Assembly (NCBI GenBank): GCA_013265495.1
Contig: MU063710.1
Location: forward strand, 2,260,271 to 2,324,270
Origin: Vicugna vicugna
Taxonomy: Eukaryota
Length of the DNA: 64,000 bases
Reading direction: 5' to 3'
The notes under the pieces were generated by a model. The model did not search any database, had not been told where the DNA came from, and saw only the letters and a list, made by a program, of their open reading frames with translations. The position numbers and the translations under genes are program-made. Shown piece by piece: positions 56,830 through 64,000 of the stretch (position 1 is the first letter of the stretch; the number at the start of each line of letters is the position of its first letter).

Positions 56830-59720
56830 AGTTCTACTTTCAGATTGGTGGTGTGAGGAACTCCGTGAATCTGTCCCCAGTGTAACAACTATAACGGGGG
56901 AAGTTATTTCTTAAAAAATATGACTATGTAAAGTTTCTGGAATTTGTCCTAAGGGAATATAGCAAGTGAAGAAAGAGTTATTCAAAAAACCTACTAAATC
57001 TGAGTAACCACAGCAAGCGTCTGTGTCAATTAAGCCCCAACCACTCCCTCCATCCACGAGGTTCCTGTGATGGAAGCTCCTCCCCAGGTGGTTGTGGCTG
57101 AGTAGAGAGGGGTCCCTCTCTCTCAGCTCCCAGTAGAGGAAGGCAGCAACTCAGTGGGAGGGGCAGGCCAACAGCATTTCTCATCCCTCCCACCCCTGAG
57201 GGGCAGTGGCAGGTACAGCCAAGAGGTCAGGGGCTCCTCCGCCAGTGATCACTCTAGGGTGGTGGCTCTGCCCCAGGTGCGGCAGGCCAGGGACACTGGG
57301 GCCTTGAATATCCTCACTTAGGCCCATCAGAAGGGCAGAGGTTCCATTCCAGCAGAGGCAAGATGAGAAGGCCAGACGTGACCACCGCCACCAATCTCTG
57401 CTACTAAAGCAGCAGTGTCACCCCTGTCCCCAGCTCTGAAACAGTGGCTCCAGATTTTTGCCAGGCCAAGAGGGAGTTGATAAGAACAGAGATCTTCTAA
57501 GGTCTCCCCTCAAAAGCTGGTATTACTAAAAACACAGTGCAGGAAAGTTCAAGCTGAAGGGTACTCTTGAAACAAACGGAGATATTTTGCTGGTGAGCAA
57601 TTAAGAGACTGGTAGCTCTCTGACAGCAACAAGCTAAACCACAGGTCAACTAGTTTATCAGAGAGAACTGGGGAAAGAGATAGGTAAAAAGTGCCCTCCT
57701 AGACTTCAAACCAACCTCAAAAACTAGCCTCAGAAAACATCCCTACAAAGGGGTTCCAATTTAATTGGATCAGACTGTGGATGAGTTTATGCCCCAGGCA
57801 TTGTTAAAAACAATAAAGCAATTAGGCAGCAATTAATGAGTCCAAGGGCTGAGTCTGATACCAAATAAAACTGTAAAATCCTTGAGCACTGTCTTTATAT
57901 TCACCACTAATTTTATCCCCATTGCTTCCACTTAGAGTCTCACAATGTTTATGAATGGCAAATGTAATTTTATTGTGACCACTGAAAACCTAATATAAAT
58001 TGATTTCCCTATTCCCCAGAGCAAATATAAACAAATCCCTCAAAATTACAACAAATAATGATAAAAGAAAGTTACCATCAAGAGAAATATTCTCCTTCTT
58101 TAAGGAAAAAAAAATACTTTCAACACTTTACTAGATTTAGCATAGGTATTTATAATGGTTTAACAGAGAGATCAGGGAAAGGAACAAAGAACTCCAGTGG
58201 GACTGATCAGGGCCAAGCTGTGCCCTTTGAGAAGCGACATCAGAGGCTTCACACGGCTGGAAAAATCAATTTCACTAAAATAATCCAGCCAAGTCTCTAA
58301 TCAAATTAACAAGAAACAACAACAAAACAATCCCTGGAGAAGAGTTGGGAGTGTAATCAGTATATAGATGCTGCAAGTTATAACCCGAAATGTCCAGAGA
58401 GGGAGAGGAAGAGGGGGACGGGAGAGAGAGGGAAGGGGAGAAATGGGAGGGAGAAGAAGGGGGAGGGGGCCATCAACATAGAGGAAAGAGTGACCCATAG
58501 GCTGGAAATCAGGCCAGAAAACTGCTTGTGAGAGTCCCTGATGTTTGATTTAACACAAAAAGGCTTCAAAGCAGCCATTATAACTACCTTTAAATAATTA
58601 AAGAAGACCGTGTTTAAATTGAAGAAGGCATGATGACTATGTTTCATCTAATAGAGAATATCAAGAAAGAGATAATGACTATGAAAATGAACCAACTGAA
58701 AATTCTAGATTGAAAAGTAAAATAACTAAAATGAAAATTTCACTAGAGGAGCTCAACAGTAAATGTGAATTGGCAGAAGAATGAATCAGCAAATATGAAG
58801 ACAGAGCAATAGAGATTATGTATGCTGAAGAACACATAGAAAAAAGAATGAAAAAAATGAACAGAGCCTCAGTGAAACGTGAGGTGCAATCAAGTGTACC
58901 AATGGACAGATAACATGCAGAACAGATAAACAAGATTATACTGTATAGCACAGGGAAATATCTACAAGATCTTGTGGTAGCTCACAGTGAAAAAAAATGT
59001 GACAATGAATATATGTATGTTCATGTATAACTGAAAAATTGTGCTCTACACTGGAATTTGACACAACATTGTAAAATGACTATAATTCAATTAAAAAATG
59101 TTAAAAAAAAAAAAAGAGAGGAAAGAGAGAGAAGGGAGCAGAAAAATAGTGAAAGAAATACTGGCCAAAACTTCCCAAACTTAATGAAAAACATTAATCT
59201 ACAAATCAAAGGAGCTCAACATACTTTAAGTAGGATAAATGTGAAGAGAGCCATACCCACAGAAATCACAGTAAAAATGGTGCTTATTTCAAGACTTTCT
59301 CTGGCTTGCAAGAGAAAAAAGACATTATGCACAAGGGAACCATAAGAATATTAACACTGGATTTCTCATCAATCCAAAAATAAAATGAAGGAAAAAAATC
59401 CATTTACAATAACATTAAAATGGTAAGGGACAAATTTAACAAAAGAAATACAAAACTTATGCTCTGAAAACTAAAAACCATAGCTGAAAGAAATCAAAGA
59501 AGATCCAAATAAATGGAAAGAAATTCCAAGTTATGGATCAGAGGACTTAACACTGTTAAGAGGGCAATATTCTCAGAAGTGATCTACAGATTTAAGACAA
59601 TTCCTGTCAAAATCACAGCTGGCTTCTTTACAGAAATTGAGGCCGATGCTAAATTCATTTGGAAATTCCAGAATAGACAAAACAAACTTGGAAAAGAAAA
59701 AAAAAATTGCAGGACTCACA
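56830..59720 (+). mobile_element. Old L1 (L1MD-like) 5' UTR, ORF1 and a short ORF2 remnant, carrying nested insertions
   Basis: tttatgccccaggcattgttaaaaacaat, ttaacagagagatcaggg, gcgacatcagaggcttcacac, ttcactagaggagctcaacag, gaaaacttcccaaact. Confidence 0.75.
58907..59115 (+). mobile_element. Short young L1 3' end with poly(A), nested in the old L1 ORF1
   Basis: ctgtatagcacagggaaata...tttgacacaacattgtaaaatgactataattcaattaaaaaatgttaaaaaaaaaaaaa; related to the 3' end of the L1 at 30020-31068. Confidence 0.85.
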
Positions 59721-60329
59721 CTTCTACAAATCTAAATGAAAAAAAAAACCTAAATATAAAAAGGATTAGAGTACTTTGGGGGATAGTAGTATAGTACTGA
59801 TGTAGGCAAAATATGCTTAAGCTAGACATAAAACCCGGCCTATAAAGGAAAACTCAAATTTTCTATAGCGTTACTAATAATTTAAAAAGACAAAAGACTA
59901 TAGATGTTTGGAGGAAAGGAGAAAAATCCTCAAAACTGCTCTATCACAACAGCATTTAATCGTTTATTATGCTGACCCAGCTCCCTCCTTCCAGTTTGTT
60001 TGTGCACACGGCCCTACTGGGCCCACTCGTGAACTCATTACGACCTGCTGTCCACTCATCCCTTTATTTGCACCCAGGCCCTTGTCCTCCTTCTTCCATC
60101 ACTCCCTTCCTTGTCAAGTTTAGATTTTCTGGCTCGTCACGTTCATATGATTCTTGTCCTTCTTGCCGTTTGGATACGCCCATATGACAAACGCCTAACT
60201 CGTGGTGGACCTCCCCATTCTATAGTCAGCATCTTTGGACAAATCAACTCTTTAAAGCAGACAGGTTTGATAATTAAGTCACCAACTCCAGGCCACCGGT
60301 CACTCCCCAGCTAACCTAACCTGCCGCTC

Positions 60330-61800
60330 GCAGTGAACTCACTTTCTCACTCTTCAGTGACTTTTTCAACTCCATTCACCTCAAGCTTTTTACCTTTCTT
60401 TCAATCTGAACCTACCCATCACTAGCAGTCCATGATTTTAACTTCTATTTTTCTAGCGGGGGAAAAACTGGCAATCGGAAAAGAAACCCCTAGACTTTGT
60501 ATTACCAAACATCACACCCATCTTCTTCCCCCACTTTCTTTCTCCTCTCAGTTTTCCTGAAATGGTGCTGTCTCCTTTCTAAGGAACATCTCTCCACTGG
60601 TGCTTTGATGACGACCTTATCCACCCCTGCCTTTTAACGGATCATTATTGGAGGCAACCAAGTTCCATTTTTATCTTGATTATTTAACCGCTCCTTCTCA
60701 AAGAGTCCTCTATCCCTTTGACAGTAAACACACTAAATCCTCCCCAACATGAAAAAAAATCAAAGAAAATCCACCTTTCTCCTTAAGTTACACTGTTCGA
60801 ATTAACTTTATGACTATTCACCCTTCATAACAAATTTCTTAACAGGTATGTCTGTCTATATTTTTTCTCCCTTCTTATTTAGCTCAATCCTTATCTTACT
60901 CCACTATGACTTTCTTCACTATTGACTAAATGAAATGGTTCTAAAAACTACACTAATGAGAAAGAATTAAAATGATCATTGTTAGTAAGTGGTATGATTA
61001 TCTGGAAAACTCAAGAGCTTGAAATGAAAAACAATTAAAGATGATCAAAAATTGAGTAAGAAGACCCCACTTAAAATAACAATTTTTAAAAGAAAACAAT
61101 GGCCTTAATGTACTCAAGAAATTCTAAGATCTACTGCTTCACACCATTATCCCCTTTACATGGAGGGGGAAATGAACGAATCCACCCAAATCCTCTCCTT
61201 CCATTCTCTTCCAAGCCACTCCTAACTGGTTTCTCCTCCCTGTCATGCCTCCGAATTGTTCTTGTCAAGATCACCAGTGAGCTGCATATGTGAAATCTGA
61301 TGGTGAACGGACTCTCCATCTTCATCTGTTCAATATGGAAGTATTAAAATAAAGCACTCGCTCCTTCTTAAATATTTACTCCCTCAATTTTAGTGATAAA
61401 ACGCTTGGTTTTCTTCTACCTCACTTCATTGGCTATTACTTTTCAGTCTTACTTGCAAGCTTAATCTCTTTCACTCAGTCCCTAAGATTTGGAAATCTCA
61501 AGCCTAAATCCTGGGCCCACTTCTCGTTCTATTCTATAGCACAGATCATTTATATCCATGGTTTTAATGAGCATTTATATGTTGATGGTTCCCAATTTTT
61601 TTTATAAACCTGCTTAGAACTCTTAACGTTCAGACCTATACAGCCAACTTCTTATGCAAAATTTCCATATGGATTTCTCAAAGCAACCTCAGATACAACA
61701 TGTCCAAAACTAAAAACATGCTTTCTGTCCGGTTTTACCTACCTCAGTAAATGGCACCAACGTCCACCTATTGGGCTAACAAGACACTGAAGCTGAGCAT
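60330..61800 (+). mobile_element. L2 fragments (pyrimidine-rich)
   Basis: gttcttgtcaagatcaccagtga, ctcaaagcaacctcagatacaacatgtccaaaactaaa, ctcagtaaatggcacca. Confidence 0.6.
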
Positions 61801-62058
61801 CAGAGGAAACCAAAGTAGTTACAGTTCATGGAACAGAATCAGAGAACCAACAAAGAACCAGAGCACTGCAGAGAGAAAGCTCTGGAGTTTGGAGAAAACA
61901 GTCAGGGGCTGGGCAAGAACTCTTCAGAGTCTGTTCCCATCAGGCCAACTGAAAAAAACACAGGCCTTGCTGATGGGGAAGAATCTGCCACAGACCGGGC
62001 ACTTCTGGTTCTGCCTGCAGCATCTTAAAGATTCCGAAGTATCAGACCATCTCCCAAC

Positions 62059-62605
62059 ACGGGTGCACCTCGCTGTGCTGTGCTCTGCCTTACTGCGCTT
62101 TCCACACACGGAAGCTTTGTGGCAACCATGCATCCAGTGAGCCTACTGGTGCCATTTTTCTGACAGAACTTGCTCACTTTGTGTCTCTGTGTCATATTTT
62201 GGGAATTCTCACAATATCTCAAGCTTTTCTATGATTATTATATTTGTTATGGTGATATGTGACCAGCGATTTTTGATGGCACTACTGTAATTGTTTCGGG
62301 GCACCATAAACCATGCCCGTGTGAGACAGCAAGCTGACTCGATATACGTCGTGTGGGTTCTGACTGCTCTATCTTAAGGCTCGGATGGTGGTTAGCATTT
62401 GTTGGCAAAAAAGCACTTTTTAATTAAGATACACACATTGCNNNNNNNNNNNNNNNNNNNNNNNNNNNNNNNNNNNNNNNNNNNNNNNNNNNNNNNNNNN
62501 NNNNNNNNNNNNNNNNNNNNNNNNNNNNNNNNNNNNNNNNNNNNNNNNNNNNNNNNNNNNNNNNNNNNNNNNNNNNNNNNNNNNNNNNNNNGAGGTATTC
62601 CTGTA
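62059..62605 (+). mobile_element. Internally deleted Tigger1 (TcMar) derivative, 3' part masked by 150 N
   Basis: 5' part gaagctttgtggcaaccatgc...cttgctcactttgtgtctctgtgtcatattttg joined at ~62372 to 3' part aaggctcggatggtggttagcatt...gaggtattcctg followed by TA. Confidence 0.8.
62442..62591. other. N-run, 150 nt (in Tigger1 derivative)
   Basis: Counted directly. Confidence 0.98.
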
Positions 62606-64000
62606 TCTTAACTGCACCAAGCTCACTTCCATGGCTGCCCACAAGCTTCCCCTCTCTTCTTCAAAATTATATCCCCAGGGGCCTTCGTGCACATTCCCTC
62701 CCTCAGTGTTGTTTCTCCTGCTAGACTATAAGCTTGATGAAGGTAGACAGGTGACAGTCTCATATAACAGGAGACCTCAATGTCTCGCACATGCATAGCC
62801 CACTGGAAAACTTCAACTAATATTTTAAAATATAACTAAATTCTCCTGAATCATCTTCAGCTTACTCATAGGTATTGTCGAAATCATTTTTATCCTGTTT
62901 CAGTAACACACAGTGGGTCTTGCTCTCTGAACTGTCACACTGGGTCTATTTTATTTACTGCCAAATCTTTCCTATGTCGCCTTACTGATCGGTCTTCTCA
63001 TCCTAAGAGAGACAGGTCCATAGGTGTTGGATCATGATTGGATAGTGAGATGGTTTCTTCAGAAACTCTGCTGGACCTTGCAGGCGTCTTTCAGGCTCAG
63101 ACGGATCAGGAAAAAGTGCATGTTTACTCCTCTGATGCTTCCTCAAGTAAAGGTCTGCATTTGTGAGGAGCAGCGACTGATTCTTTAATGAAGAAAGAAG
63201 TAACCACTCGTTGAAGGATACATCAGTGGGACTAGGTCTCCCTTTAGCTGGCAAGACAGCCAGCCAGCCTTTGGATGGAGAATACAAGCCAACCCCTGAG
63301 GCAAGCACAGACTGGAAACATTAGCAGTGCTAAACTTCTGCGCTTGAGAGACCAAATCCTCTCTCTCTGGAAAGGAACCTTTCTAGACAGCAAGAGCAGG
63401 ACAGAGATTTGCCCTTCCTGAAGGCTCCACCATGGCCTCTGGCCCTGATAACCCCGCGGGGTGCATCTAATGTAAACCCACAGTCAGATCCACAGGCAGC
63501 TCCACCCAGGCAGGCACTTCCCTTCGGTCTTCTCTTAGCTCCATCTAGCCTCACCTTCATTATCTCCTGCAGAAATTTCTCACAGTTTTTGGACTCTGGA
63601 TGGCATTCTTCCCCTGTGTCCCAGAAATCACAAAGAAATACAATAATAGGGAAAAGCCAGTGTCATTTTAATGGGGATTTAGAAGCAGCGAAGTGAATTA
63701 AAGATGTGGACTTCTACTGCCACCCTAACCCATGGGTTCAGTCATTATTACACCGTTCACTTCCTGCTGATAATTGATTTTTCATTCCTTTACAGTGATC
63801 TTTAATACATTTTACAAATGGAACCAAAATATTCTCTCAGGCAACTCTATTTTTTGAGTAGGGTTTAATAACTACTAGGCATTCTCGTGGTGAGGTAACA
63901 AGTGAAATCGGTTCTCTTCCTTCTACCCTAGAGCCTAATTTAAGGGTAACTCATTGTATGACATCTGTTCCCAATGGTCCATGGTGACCTTGGCATTGGA

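Noticed and set aside
63427-63470. Perfect Kozak CCACCATGG with downstream ORF
   Set aside because: Only 12 codons, antisense within an intron, no promoter evidence.

Overview
Mammalian genomic DNA, most likely a camelid (camel, alpaca or llama), judged from two tRNA-Ala-derived SINEs of the vic-1 type and the style of the young L1 3' ends. The window holds the 3' part of the Polycomb/BAP1-associated gene ASXL3 on the minus strand: exon 10 (29679-29784), the large exon 11 (23870-25826), the last exon 12 (CDS 17517-21193) and a ~4.6 kb 3' UTR ending near 12925. Positions ~32.8-64 kb are intron 8 and 1-12.9 kb is downstream intergenic DNA; both are dominated by ordinary L1, L2, MIR, MaLR and hAT/Tigger relics. 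I found no prokaryotic-type system, CRISPR array or second gene, and I cannot support a claim of a new biological system here. The most notable observations are: (1) a frameshift at the polyproline tract of exon 12 that would remove the PHD finger, probably an assembly error; (2) five 132-150 nt N-runs that appear to preserve the exact length of the missing sequence and hide exon 9 and part of the PHD finger; (3) an apparent AT-to-GC substitution bias with CpG gain across exons 11-12; (4) a ~280 bp diverged copy of nearby sequence inserted in an old L1; (5) candidate regulatory elements (CTCF site, miRNA seed cluster, intronic poly(A) site, triple D-box). All comparisons with human ASXL3 and repeat consensus sequences are from memory and need checking by alignment; repeat boundaries are approximate.
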